64,000 nucleotides of DNA from Octopus bimaculoides. Its lineage: Eukaryota. The position numbers were made by a program, and so were the translations under genes. Below are positions 11,887-24,129 of this stretch, one piece after another. The notes beneath the pieces were generated by a model. It saw nothing but the letters and a program-made list of their open reading frames with translations. It was not told the origin of the DNA and ran no database searches. The DNA lies in contig NC_068986.1 in the NCBI RefSeq assembly GCF_001194135.2, forward strand, positions 63,496,700 to 63,560,699, written 5' to 3'. Each line of letters opens with the position of its first letter. Positions within the stretch are counted from its first letter, which is position 1.

Positions 11887-13166
11887 TGGGGTGTCCAAAA
11901 TTAAGGCAACCAACTTTTCTCAATTTTGCAAAAAGCAAAATATTTTTGTATTTTGGGTTTGAGCACTGCAATGCAATGGTAAAGGAAAAACAATTAACAC
12001 TACCACACTTATTGGATATGACCACCTCTGTTTCAAATCACAGCCTTAAGTCTAGGTGTGAATGCTTCACATGTGGCATGCAGCTGCTCTTGCAGAATCG
12101 AATCCCATTCCTGATGCAGTTTTGCTATCAGAGCATCAAGTGAAGCGTGAGGAGTGCTTGAGACCCTTGTCTTCAAAATAGACCAGACAGAGAAATCCAA
12201 CACATTGAGATCAGGGTTTCTTGAGGGCCATACATCCTTGCCTATGAATGACAATATGTGTTTATGAATCCAGTGTTGTGTCTATCTGGAGCTGCGGGAT
12301 GGTGCTGAGAACTGTTGGAGGCTCCAAGTTGCACCTTGAAAGTGCTCATTCGCCCATGGAAGCAGTTCAGCTTCCAGAATGTCTCTAATGTATCACTAAG
12401 TGTTAATTTTAACACCTGAGGGCACAAAAACGGGGGCAGACCTTCCAGTAGCTGTCAGAACTGCCCAAACCTTAACTGGCTGTGGATTTTGACATCGATT
12501 TACAAGTCTACCCATGACAGAGCTAGATGCATTTCAAAGTCAATCATTCTAGTGGTTTACTGCCTGTTCGATGTCAAATTTCTTTTCATCAATGAACACC
12601 AAGCTGGGCAGCATACCATCAACAATCTGATGTAGGATAAGACGACTTCTTTCCAGACTCATGGCCTTATAAACTTGCGTGAGCTCATGATGGACGGTCA
12701 TCTTGTAGGGATGGGTCCTGAGATCCTCCTTCAGCACTCGATACATCGATGTTTGGCTTATTCTTGCTGTGACAGCCAGTTTTATGATGGAACAATGAGA
12801 ATTTCACTGTATCTTTTCTCTGGTACTTTTGATAAGCTGAGGAGTCGACACACTTCTTTTTCGATCACATTCAGTTCAATTAGGAATTGAACTAGTCTCT
12901 TGAAATTTCTTGACAATGTTCCAGACCGTTCAGTTAATTTCAATCTTTTTTGCTATAGCTGCATTACTTTCATCTCCTTTATGGAAAGTTATGATTGTAT
13001 TTTGGTCTACAGCCATTATCAAATTTATAAATCTGGATCTATTTAGTCTGAAACAGGAAAAAGACACACTAAACTTTTATAATGATGAATAATTTTCGTA
13101 TCTTACCACATTTATAGGTAATTATTGAAACCCAAAACTTTGGTTGCCTAATTTCAGGACACCCTG
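11887..13166 (-). mobile_element. TIR-bounded Tc1/mariner (probably maT/DD37D-type) element, decayed
   Basis: TIRs GGGGTGTCCAAAATTAAGGCAACCAA and TTGGTTGCCTAATTTCAGGACACCCTG. Transposase start MAVDQNTIITFHKRG at 13016; motifs VFIDEKKF and WPSRNPDLNVLDFSVWSIL. Flanked by (TACA)n on both sides. Confidence 0.9.
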
Positions 13167-13199
13167 TCCATAAATACATACATACATACATACAAACAT

Positions 13200-13234
13200 G
13201 CATATATACATATATATACATATACATATTTATT

Positions 13235-13308
<74 letters not shown>

Positions 13309-13430
13309 CACATATATAAATATACACACGTATACACACACACATACATATATATATATACACACACAAACATACACATATATAAATATACACACACATG
13401 TATACACACACACATATAAATATAAATATA
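13200..13430. repeat. TA/CA compound microsatellite
   Basis: Direct repeats. Confidence 0.9.
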
Positions 13431-13604
13431 TAGCAACAAGATATATAATCTTTAAATTTCGTTTCTCCTTATAGGAATCAAAAAATAAAATATAGGGGTG
13501 CAAATAGAAGTGCTCAAGTAAAAAAAACCAAGGCAAAAGACAAACTCAGTGGTTAAAAAATAAACATCAGAATTGGGCAAACAACTTTATATCATTCCCA
13601 TGTA

Positions 13605-13913
13605 TTCACACCATTGAGCATAAATAAATGCATATCAAAATAACAGGGCATTCAGCACACAAAGCATGAAGGTATATACACATGCAAAAACGTGTGTGAA
13701 ACCTGTAAAGAATGATGAAGCGTATGAAGAAAATACATGAAGAAAATTATTTTCTTCCTGTATTTTCATACATGAAGAAGATAATTTTCTTCATATGTTT
13801 CATCGTTCTTTACAGGTTTTACACGCGTTTTTGTATGTGTATATACCTTCATGCTTTGTGTGCTGAATGCCCTGTTATTTTAATATGTATTTATTTATGT
13901 TCACTGGAGTGAA
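13605..13913. repeat. long palindrome/foldback with ~130-bp arms
   Basis: 13605-13734 is the reverse complement of 13784-13913 with few mismatches. Confidence 0.9.
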
Positions 13914-15956
13914 CCTTCAGTGTTTACCGTTTTACAAAATCAAGCTAGGCAAAACAGAGAATACAATTGAAAAATTAAAAAGAAAAAAAAGAGAGAGAAA
14001 GAAGAGAAAAAGGGAAAAAAAAAAACCCAAAAAACAATTCACCATATTGGGTTGAAAAGTTGGGGGCGCTAGGAAACCTTTCTAATGGCTACTGAGACAT
14101 GCCAGCGCGCTTGCAGCATTGCCATGGGTGATGGTGAGGCTGATGCACTGGAACAGCCAAGTGTCCTCATGAGCTTCACCAGTTACCTCTGCAAGACGAG
14201 TTGCCAGTGAAGACAGAAATCTTGCAGTAAGTGGTCCGATCCCACCAAACGTCTCGAAAGCCACATGTTGGAAAATGTAGTTGGCTGACAGATCGTGGTG
14301 TTTCAGGATTTTGTTCTGCTCGGCCACAGAAGCTGTGGATCTCGCCCTGACCACAGCATCCAGGATGTGAGAAGAAGCAAAGGAGTTGCTAACTGTGACA
14401 TCCCAAACAAAGCATCTGCTTGCGACCAGGGGTGCAGGGTGAGGCCGTCAGGTCTCTTTCCATCACATCTGAACAATCCAGATGGTTCCAAGATGGAGGG
14501 AATGTTTGCCCGGGACAAGCACCTCTTCAGTATCAGGTTCAACTCCGTATGACATGCAAAGTGACTAGCATTCAGGCAGCAAGAAAGGCCATGGAGGCCT
14601 GTAGAGTCGAGGAGCCTGTCACAACAACAGATCAAACCCATGCATACGTCAGCTTCCACTCTGAGGGCAATAGAGACACAAAGTTCATCCAAGCTGAGTA
14701 GGCCACCAACATTAGCCATAGGGATGGCCTCAATCCAGTCACCTGAGTATTTGGCACATGCAGACAGTAATTGGCACCTTGAAAACTGGTCCGACTGGAT
14801 GAAGAGGGAGTCAAAGGTGGCCTTCAAAATTATGTTGTCCCCAGCTCTCTGACTCTAAATGTCCTCCACCTACCCAGGAACAGACAAGCCCAATTTCCTC
14901 CATTGTTGGAGAACTTCATCCAACTCCCTGTTGGAACTGGTCCATATTGGAGAGAAAAGGATGTTGCTCACCAGGGTGGAGCAGGCGTGGGTGGAGGAAA
15001 GGAAGCAGGGGAGAGAGAGGGATGAACACTTATGAAGACCAAGACCGCCAAATCGCTTGGGCAATGCAGCCTGATTGTGGGATGTTGGAGAGAGTCTGAC
15101 ATTGACTAAGCTTTCGAGTCTCTCAAAGATTAGGTTGTCAAAGCATTGGAAGCACAATAGGAATTGGTAAGATGAGCTGACTCTGAGTAAATATAGAAGC
15201 TTAAGGATCGAGAGGTAATTCTTAAGTATGAAAATCCCTTGATGGGGTTTGATAGTTTCAATGTTTTTCAGCAATGACTCAAGGGCAGCCACCTTCAACA
15301 GGAAGATGGACTCAAAGGCAAGGTCATTGATTGGGGGCACCTAGAGAGCACCAATGGAAGGAGAGGACTCTTCAAAAAGGTCAGTCATTGGTTGATGTTG
15401 AGAAGCTGGGTGGTTGAGGATCCAGAGCTCACATTTGGAGCAGTTTACTTGGAGACCCTGGTGACAAAGCTCCCCAACCATCATGTTAGCAATGGCAAGA
15501 ATCCTGTCTGGAGGACCCCGCAAACAAGCATTGTCGAGATACCAGATGTTGAGGTCTAGCTCAGTGCCCATCTTGGTGATGTCATCAATGCCCAGTGTGA
15601 ACAGAGCGGACCTGAGTGAGTTGCCCTGTTGGACTCCTGAGGTGGTAGTGATGATTTAGTCCCTGAAAGAGAGATAGGAGGGCTCCCGATAAGCCTGCCA
15701 TGCAAAGTGGTAGAGTTGTGGGACCTTCTCTCTTACTGAGCTGAGGATAGTATCACAGCTGATGGAGTTGAAGGCATTCTTAAGGTCAAGTTTGAGGATG
15801 ACCTTGGGTGACAAGGACGGCAAGTTGTCATAAGCTCTAGTAGCATGAGCAGCAGCTTCACATCCCAATTTGGTACCCACTCCTAGCTGGGTGGGGGTGA
15901 AATCCCTCCTCCAATAAGCTATAGACTGATTGTAAGCACGCCTTTGCAGTGCGATG

Positions 15957-16108
15957 ATAAAATACCTTAGGAATGAGAACCCAGGTTTGAAATTTCTCCA
16001 AGACACCTGATGAAGGCTGGAGGGTATATAAGCCAAAACGTTGTGTTAGCAACGAACAAGATGAAGACAAATATCTGTCAAATGTAAATAACGTAAATAA
16101 TGTATAAA
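15957..16108 (+). mobile_element. Penelope-like pLTR fragment nested in the CRE RT gene
   Basis: AT-richer segment interrupting RT homology between NQFSSANIL and IALQ; ATAAA at both junctions; contains CCTGATGAAGGC...GCC(A)AAACGTT. Confidence 0.65.
16001..16047 (+). ncRNA. minimal type-I hammerhead ribozyme motif, core-mutated (G12>A)
   Basis: Stem I GACAC/GTGTT; core CTGATGA plus an extra A; stem II GGCT/AGCC; AAAAC instead of GAAAC; palindromic AACGTT as helix III; GTT cleavage triplet. Confidence 0.6.
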
Positions 16109-19100
16109 GGAGGATGTTTGCTGAAGAGAATTGGTTCACAAACTGAGTCAAATTCTCCAAGAGCTCAAGTCCGGCACCACTGGTCAATAAGGAGATACCA
16201 TCCTTGAGGTGCTGAGACTGAAGGCGATCAATTCCCACACCTGAATCAGCAGGGAAGGATGGTCTCAAGTATTCTGGGGGATTGGGCCAGTTTAGTTGAT
16301 TATCAGGGGATGCCAGTGGGTGCTTCTCTTTCAGACACCTAAGAGACTCAGAGTCACATGGAGCAAGGGAGGATAGAGATGAGAGGAGATAGACAGCCCC
16401 TTTTATGTCAAATCTGCTGAAGTTAGTATTGACTGCACACTTAAAATTTATCAGTTGCCTGTCGGTAGGCACCGTGTTCGATATCAAATTGAAGTGAGAA
16501 GTGGTCAGGGTGGACTCAAATAGCTGGAACTGTCGCTTGAGTGAGGATGTAAGGGAGCCCAATTTCACATCATGCTCATGGAGAGAGATGTGGAGGAACA
16601 GAAACAGGATAACGAGAGCTGACAAGTCATATGAGCTAGCTGGTGTATGTGCATGAGCCAGAGAAAGCTTTATAACTTATGTTTGAAATATGGATTCAGT
16701 TGGAAGTCGTTATAAGCTAACAGAAACTGAGCTAGTGTAAATGAAAATATACTGTTCATAATATGGCAGAGTTGTGAGCTGATGGTATTCAGAACTTCAC
16801 AGAGCAAAGTTGGCATTAGGCTGTTCATGATATGATCAGAGTTAGTGATGCGAAGTTGGTGTGAAAAACAAAGAGTCTGTTCTGATGTTGGAGAAAATAA
16901 TGTTGCTCGAATGCTGTCTTTCCGCTAACTGATTAAAACACCTGCTTCACTTCTTGCGCAGAGAACTGCTTTTGGTATTAATACACACCCAGCCCTGATT
17001 GGCTGGAGTTTACCATAGCGCCACTATGCTACAGTGCAATAACAAAAATAGCTTTCCTGACACACTACACTACAATACAATTTCTCAACCTGAAATTCGT
17101 AATAGAATAAAAGAATATATAGACAGAAAATTAGTAGGGTCCCAGCCAAAATACCTTGTATCTAGTTATGAATACATTCACCGAATGTGAGGTGAGTTTT
17201 CTTTTCATCATCCCACAGTGTATACTTGGTTGATTAAATCAACACACCCCAGCACTCCTAAGATTTGTGGCTGTGTCAGTGTATAAAATTTTTTAATATT
17301 TATATTTGGCATACAGCCAGAAGAACTGGGACTCTGATGTGTCCATGATCAAAATATTTAACTTTCAACAGCAAAGTCCACCTAGCTTTGAGTAAGAACC
17401 ATAGTGTATTATCATTCAAATGCTATCTTTATCTGTACTATAAAACTGGTGAGTAGTTTATTAGTTTGTAGTACTTGCATGAGAAAAGTTGCTTGTGCTA
17501 GACTGTGATTTATCTCTTGGCTGTTTAACACCACAGAAATTGAAGATAAGCAGCAGCCCATAGAATCACAAAGTTCTGTTAGGAGACAGAATTTACTAGC
17601 ACACATAATGCACAAAAATATAAACACCACAGTTGTTATAAGTTAGCGATCATTTTTCTGTGTTGTTAAGGGTTGCATTATTTTGTAATGTATGCAACTC
17701 TTCATGCCTTGACCCTGTTTCATCCTGTCTATAAGACTCAATATTTCATGTCTGTCTTAACTACATTCAATTCAAGCTATTTGGTTACCTCACATACATT
17801 ATTCGTATTAAATATCCATAATGTAAATGGCTGATGATTGTAATGAATTTAATGTCAAACCTCTTTGTCAATTTAACTGTTTAACTGTGCTCTATCTTTC
17901 TCAGTTTAACAAAATACAACTTTCCTAAATCATCTGTCTACACAGCACTCTTAACAAGCCATATATATTTTACCTCTATCTAGTTCACTTTAAGTCCATG
18001 CAAAATAACGTTTCTTCTATGGTATTAGAATTCTCATCTTTTTACAGCACACAATTCAATTTTTGCAAATATGCAGTTATTTTCTAACCACTGAGTCACA
18101 TGCTGCTACTGACACCTCCGTTACTCTTCTGAATGCATTAAAGTTAATAAATTGTGTCACCTCTCATTGAACTTTACCTCTAAGACTATAGTCTTTCCTC
18201 TCAAGAACTGTTTTGCCTTTAATTCTGCAAACACAAAAAAATAAGAAAAAGAAGTGATTAGTTAATAATTAGTAAATAATTAAGTACCCACTATCATTTT
18301 CAACATCTTGCAAACAATAGCACAGAACTAATGATAGATTACAAAATATTTTGAAAAATCTACAGAATGAGCCCCACCCTCATGTTCTTTGGTGCCATTA
18401 GCTTCTTGTTTAATTTTTTCTTTCAATGTGACCATGTGTTTTCAGTTGGGTTGTGATATTGTGATTGAAGAGATAATCCACAAACTTCAAACCTTCCCAC
18501 TTAAAAGTGACAGCATGCTCCACACTAAGTAATTTGTGAATTGGCTCATCATTTTATGAGAAAAATCTACTTTGAACAACTTTTATAATCTTTCTTGCAT
18601 GGAAAGCATAAAATAACTAACATATAGCTAACATAGACATTATGACATGATACATAATATATCATCTTGCTATCTGCAGAATGTACTATTTCTTATTATT
18701 TGTCTTGCTAGAAATAGCAGCCAAAAATCTTTCAAACTACACTTTATTGTCTTGAAGCAGGTGACGAAGGATACATCTTTGATAGTGTAGTGCAAGGTAC
18801 ATTATTCATCATCATTATCATTTAACGTCTGTGTTCCATGCTAGCATGGGTGGTACCACAAGAGCCGGCCAGGCCGAAGCTTGCACCATACTTCTGTGAC
18901 TGTTATGGCAGGATTTTTACAGCTAGATGCCCTTCCTAACACCAACCACTCAGCAGACAATAAAAAAAAAAAGGGAAATAGAGGGAAAAATTAAGAAATA
19001 TGTTCTGATAATGGCTTGAACATATTAATATACTAGCAGTATAACCCAACATTGTTTGGGTGTGACTTATTATGCTATCCACAATAAGTCTTGCTAGGTG

Positions 19101-20489
19101 AAAATCAACTAAAAAAGAAAGCGTTACAACGAAAAACACTTATGATGTAAATATGTTCATAATTCAAAAGACGATGAAATTAATAGGGAAAGTCTGAAAG
19201 CTGTTTTGCATAACATTATCAAGCATACGTAAATTTCATCCGTCTAATTGGCTATAGAAATGCTTGTGCACTGAATTAAACACATTTCCAAGATTATTTT
19301 TCATATGAAGCAGTTTATCTGCTTTACAACTATTCTCAACCATTTTCAATTATCAGTTGATACTTTATCTTAAGAAATTCTACCAAATACTTACTCTATT
19401 TCAGGGAGTCAATCTGAAACATATTATTTTGTCCTATATTGTCATGAATGCTTTAAATAAGTATATTGTCAATTTATTTACATCACTGTTGTTCTTTCAT
19501 TCTTTCACTGTAATATAGCAACTCTGTGGTTGTGTACATAGGCTTTGTCAGAAATTGACTTTCATCTCAAAAATGTCTTGTAGATATTACTCCAATTTTA
19601 AATGAACAGGATGTTTTAAAGCAAAGAATTAGTGCCGTTGGAAATTTTCCTAACATACCAAAAATAGGTAATTTCACAGTTCTGGTCTATGGTATGTACG
19701 AGATAAAGTTGACATGCTTGACAAAAATTGATGTTGTATTTGGAACCAGCACACTTAAAACTGCCCTGCTTTCAAAAAATCAAAATTGTTGCAAGCCAAT
19801 GTATAAATAACTCTAAGTCTATTGACAATACATATAGTGGTGCTAACACCCTTGTATGAGAGAAAAACTAAGAAATACTGGGAAATATTGAGGAAGGAGG
19901 ACTTTAGGTCTACAGTTCTTAAATTTACAGTTTTACTCTTTAGACTGCAGCCATGCTGGGGAACTGCAATCAACGGTTTCATTTGATTACTGTATACTGA
20001 TGCCAGTACTCTTGTCTGGTGCTCATTTAATAGAGTTCAGCTAGTAGATTGTCAGAGCTGAGCTGGGAGTTACGTGATATAATCAGAATAAAATGGAATA
20101 TAACCAAATGCCATGCTACCTTTAAACACACACACACACACCCAACATATTTCTGCACAGTTCCATCAGTTTTATCACAGGTATTGGTCAACCTGATGTT
20201 ATATTAGTTGAAACATTCATTAGCTGTTGTCAAGTGGATTGAATGCAGGACAATATGACTGCAAAGCAAACTTCTTAACTACATAGCCATGAATTTGTCT
20301 TCTTTCTCTCTCTCTCTTTAGGGTGTTTAAGAAGTTTGCTTCACAATGAGGATATTTGATGCTGAGTTCAACTCCACAATGCAGTACTTTGAGCCAGTTG
20401 GCATAGTACTTTCCATTAACGGTGTGGCCAGATTCTATCCTAGATTCAAGGCTCCTTTGGAATTTCTACATCAACAACAGGGTATTTTT

Positions 20490-20498
20490 GTATGTATG

Positions 20499-20532
<34 letters not shown>

Positions 20533-20562
20533 TGTATGTATGTATGTATGTATGTATGTATG

Positions 20563-20592
<30 letters not shown>
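20490..20592. repeat. (TATG)n tetranucleotide microsatellite
   Basis: About 25 direct units. Confidence 0.95.
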
Positions 20593-20593
<1 letters not shown>

Positions 20594-20594
20594 T

Positions 20595-22010
20595 GTGCAG
20601 ATTTGTATGTGTTTTATTTTATGTATTTCTTCTCATGCACATACTTGCATATCTAGACATGCTCATTTATACTTAAATGATAAACTTCTGGGAAGTTTTA
20701 CAGATTTTTATAGTTCCAGTGATGGCTTGGATCTGTAGTCATCAAATCAGCTTTCTCCTTTCTGGTTTTGAGAAGCCTAATTTCTCAAGATTGATATTTA
20801 GGTAGTGTGTTACATATTCCACTGCCCCAATAATTACAGGTATAAACCTGAACTTGTAATCTGAATAGAGCAACTGCAGATTTCTCAATAGTTCAGGGTA
20901 GGTATTCTCTTTTTTACTAATCTTCAGCTTTATGCTGGGCAACTGATTTCCACAACTGTATACAGTTTCTCTTCTTTGTCCCAAATCATTACATCAGGTC
21001 TATTGTGGTTAAATCTTATTGAGGTTTTCACTGGGACATTCCACCAGTACTCTTTTTTATAATGAGTGGCTATGGCTTCCATCAAACTGTGAGTTCTTAT
21101 TTCTTTGTCCTCAGGGTTATCCTTCCAACAGATTTCATTATACAGTGTCCTAGCTACAACATCATGTCTCATTGGCAGATAATACCATGATGACATTTTC
21201 GAACAACTGCTTATGATCTTCTGTGTTAACTCCACAAAGTCTGCATCGGTTGTCACATTTTCCTGCTTTCCTGTATCTCTGTCCCTTTTGTGCATCAGAT
21301 ACTTGGTTGATATTTCCTGTTCATAGATTGCAAATGCATACCCTTCAAAGTGAGAGGTAGTAATCCGGTTGTTGGTCCATGATAGTAATATTGATCATCA
21401 AAACAGTCTATCATCTCTGACCTTTATACTAACATATTCATGCATGGTCTTCTGCTCATATATGCTCATCCTTTCATCTGATGATATGTTGTGGTAGAGT
21501 CGTGTGACTTCTTTAGGCGTGTATTTAAGGTTATCAGTCAAGGAATGTTGCTCAAGGTACTGCCATCCAAGGCTTATGATGTTATCAGCCTCATGTATGT
21601 AAACTTGGTCAAGCGATGCACTTCAACACTTAATGGTTAAAAGATGTTGTCAAAGGGATATGATACAACATTCAAAAGCAGTTTGGATCGATGTTAAGCC
21701 TCTGCTGCCTTGTTTTCATATTAAGTAGAGGCAGTCAATGTTACTGTTGATGTGAAAATTATGTGTGCTTGTTAGTATCTTCCAGGTTTTCAGTTCAATG
21801 GCTCAGTTCTCATCAAGTGTCCGATCAAGCAACTCAAATGTTGGTATGAGTACTGGCACTGCAAACACATTGTGGGCCATTATTTTATTGAATGCAGAGG
21901 GTTCCGAGATCCAAATTTTCTTTATTTGACTGTAATATTCTTGTATGTATGTATCCAGCGAGTGGCAAAAACTTGGGTATATATAGAGGGGGCGGCTACC
22001 AGATAGCAAT
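20595..22010 (-). mobile_element. R4/Dong-like RLE LINE, 5'-truncated
   Basis: KIWISEPSAFNKIMAHNVFAVPVL; zinc-knuckle remnant IISSC...Y..RHDVVAR; YWWNVPV...HNRPDVMIWD...VEISCP; FIPVIIGA. The 3' end abuts (TACA)n. Confidence 0.85.
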
Positions 22011-22039
22011 GATATAGAGAAAGAGGGCTATATTAATAT

Positions 22040-22445
22040 ATACTCTTTACTCTTTTACTTGTTTCAGTCATTTGACTGCAGCCATGTCGGAGCACTGCCT
22101 TTAGTCGAGCAAATCGACCCCAGGACTTATTCTTTGTAAGCCTAGTACTTATTGTATAAGTCTCTTTTGCTGAACTGCTAAGTTACGGGGACATAAACAC
22201 ACCAGCATCGGTTGTCAAGCGATGTTGGGGGGACAAACACAGACACACACACACACATATATATATATACATATACAATATATACGACAGGCTTCTTTTC
22301 AGTTTCTGTCTACCAAATCCACTCACAAGGCTTTGGTCGGCCTGAGGCTATAGTAGAAGACACTTGCCCAAGGTGCCACGCAGTGGGACTGAACCTAGAA
22401 CTATGTGGTTGGTAAGCAAGCTACTTACCACACAGCCACTCCCAC
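22040..22445 (-). mobile_element. full-length tRNA-derived CORE-type SINE with internal microsatellite
   Basis: Minus strand: A box TGGCTGTGTGG, B box GGTTCAGTCCC, CCTTGGGCAAGTGTCTT core, TA/TG tract, then GGGGTCGATTTGCTCGACTAAAGG...GAAACAAGTAAAAGAGTAAA tail. Confidence 0.85.
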
Positions 22446-22489
<44 letters not shown>

Positions 22490-23559
22490 ATTTTTAACAC
22501 AGCATGCCCATAAATTTTTTTCTGAAACAAAAACTGAAGTAACAATGTTTATACATAGAGTATAATACATGCATGTATATACATGTGAAGACTTTGTACA
22601 ACTTCTGTCAACTAAATTCCTTCAAAGGCTTTGATTGACCCAGGGCTATGGTAGACGATACAGTGCCACTCTGTGTGACTGAACACGAGCTACATAATTG
22701 CAAAACAAACTTCCTAATCATACAGCCATGCTTGCATCTTTATTCACAAACACACACGTGCACACACACACACACACGTGCACATGCACACATGCACACA
22801 CACACAAAACACATACACACACAAACGCATGTGTGTGTGTGTGTGTGAGTGTGTGTGTGTGTGTAAGTGTATGTGTGAGTGTATTATACATAACTACCTA
22901 TATAAATACACACACACACATATTTGTATGTATGTGCCTATATGGATGTTTGTATGTGAGTATGCATTTATTTTGTATGCCAATACATCCATGAATATTT
23001 ATAAGTGTGAGTCAATGTCACTGTCTTAGAATCTCAGTCAATATTTCTAGTTACATGTATAAACAGATGGAGCTTCTCAAGTTTGCCAAAATTGAGGCCT
23101 TTAAATTTATGTGAGTACGTGTGTGTGTGCATGTGTGTGAGTAGAATATGTCTGCCTGTGTATTTTGAAATAGAGAAACTGCTTTATGGGTGTCAAAATG
23201 TGGCATAACATTTATTTGGAATGAAAGAGAAGAATCTAATTCCTTAACTACAACCAAGTATTTGAACTTAAAAATCTAGGATTTCAAAAATTTTCAGTAA
23301 CCTAAAACTGGCCTAATAAGGTCAGTGCTGAAAAGATTTAGGTAGAGGTTTGTATTTCTGAATTTTTTCTTCTTCTTCTTTGAGATAAAATTTACATTAG
23401 ACAAATGCGTGAACGTGAACGTGAATGTGTGAATGTGTGTGTGTGTGTGTGTGTGTGTAAAGAAGTTATATAACACTGAATGTTTCTTAATGAATGTATA
23501 TAAATGTAAATACATGATAAATTCAAACTTGTACATTTATTCATATGCACAAACACACA

Positions 23560-23810
<251 letters not shown>

Positions 23811-24129
23811 ATAAAAATACACGTAGATAAATACATAAAAGTGAATATACATATATTCATCATCATCATTTAAAATCTGCTTTCTATGTTGGCTTGGGTT
23901 CGACAATTCAATTCCACAGACCCTGATGAGCCAGGGAACTGCACTGAGCTCCAATGTTTGCCGTAATGCCAACCACTTTACAGAGTGTACTGGGTGCTTT
24001 ATATTCATGGCAACTGTACTAATAAGTTATCAAGCAACTTACAAGACAAAACCCCTCAGCCTAGTGTAGTATTGAGGAATATGGCTTTATTTCAGGTGTT
24101 GAGAGGTATGATAGAGGTACAGGAACAGT

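Larger units (their letters stand above)
13915..16630 (-). mobile_element. CRE-clade non-LTR retrotransposon (RT + RLE), near complete but frameshifted
   Basis: LKEKHP...GIDRLQSQHLKD; PTQLGVG...GCEAAAHA...LKLDLKNAFNSI; GVQQGN; WYLDNA; HGLSC...H...LEPSGLFRCDGKRPDGLTLHPW; AEQNKILKH...FETFG...GNAAS. Domain order and motifs are those of CRE-type elements. Confidence 0.85.

Noticed and set aside
13048-13106. 59-nt GT-AG intron in the mariner 5' UTR
   Set aside because: A TATAAA motif 5 bp upstream of the donor would put the start site inside the supposed intron; the two readings conflict and neither can be supported.
20321-20471. apparent exon after a strong (CT)n-TAG acceptor (MRIFDAEFNST...)
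   Set aside because: The first half resembles a decayed SINE head and the minus strand reads GHTVNGKYYAN (mariner-like); stops occur early in all frames from the acceptor.
23923-23929. CTGATGA hammerhead-like core (also near 45143)
   Set aside because: No downstream GAAA, stem II or stem I pairing.
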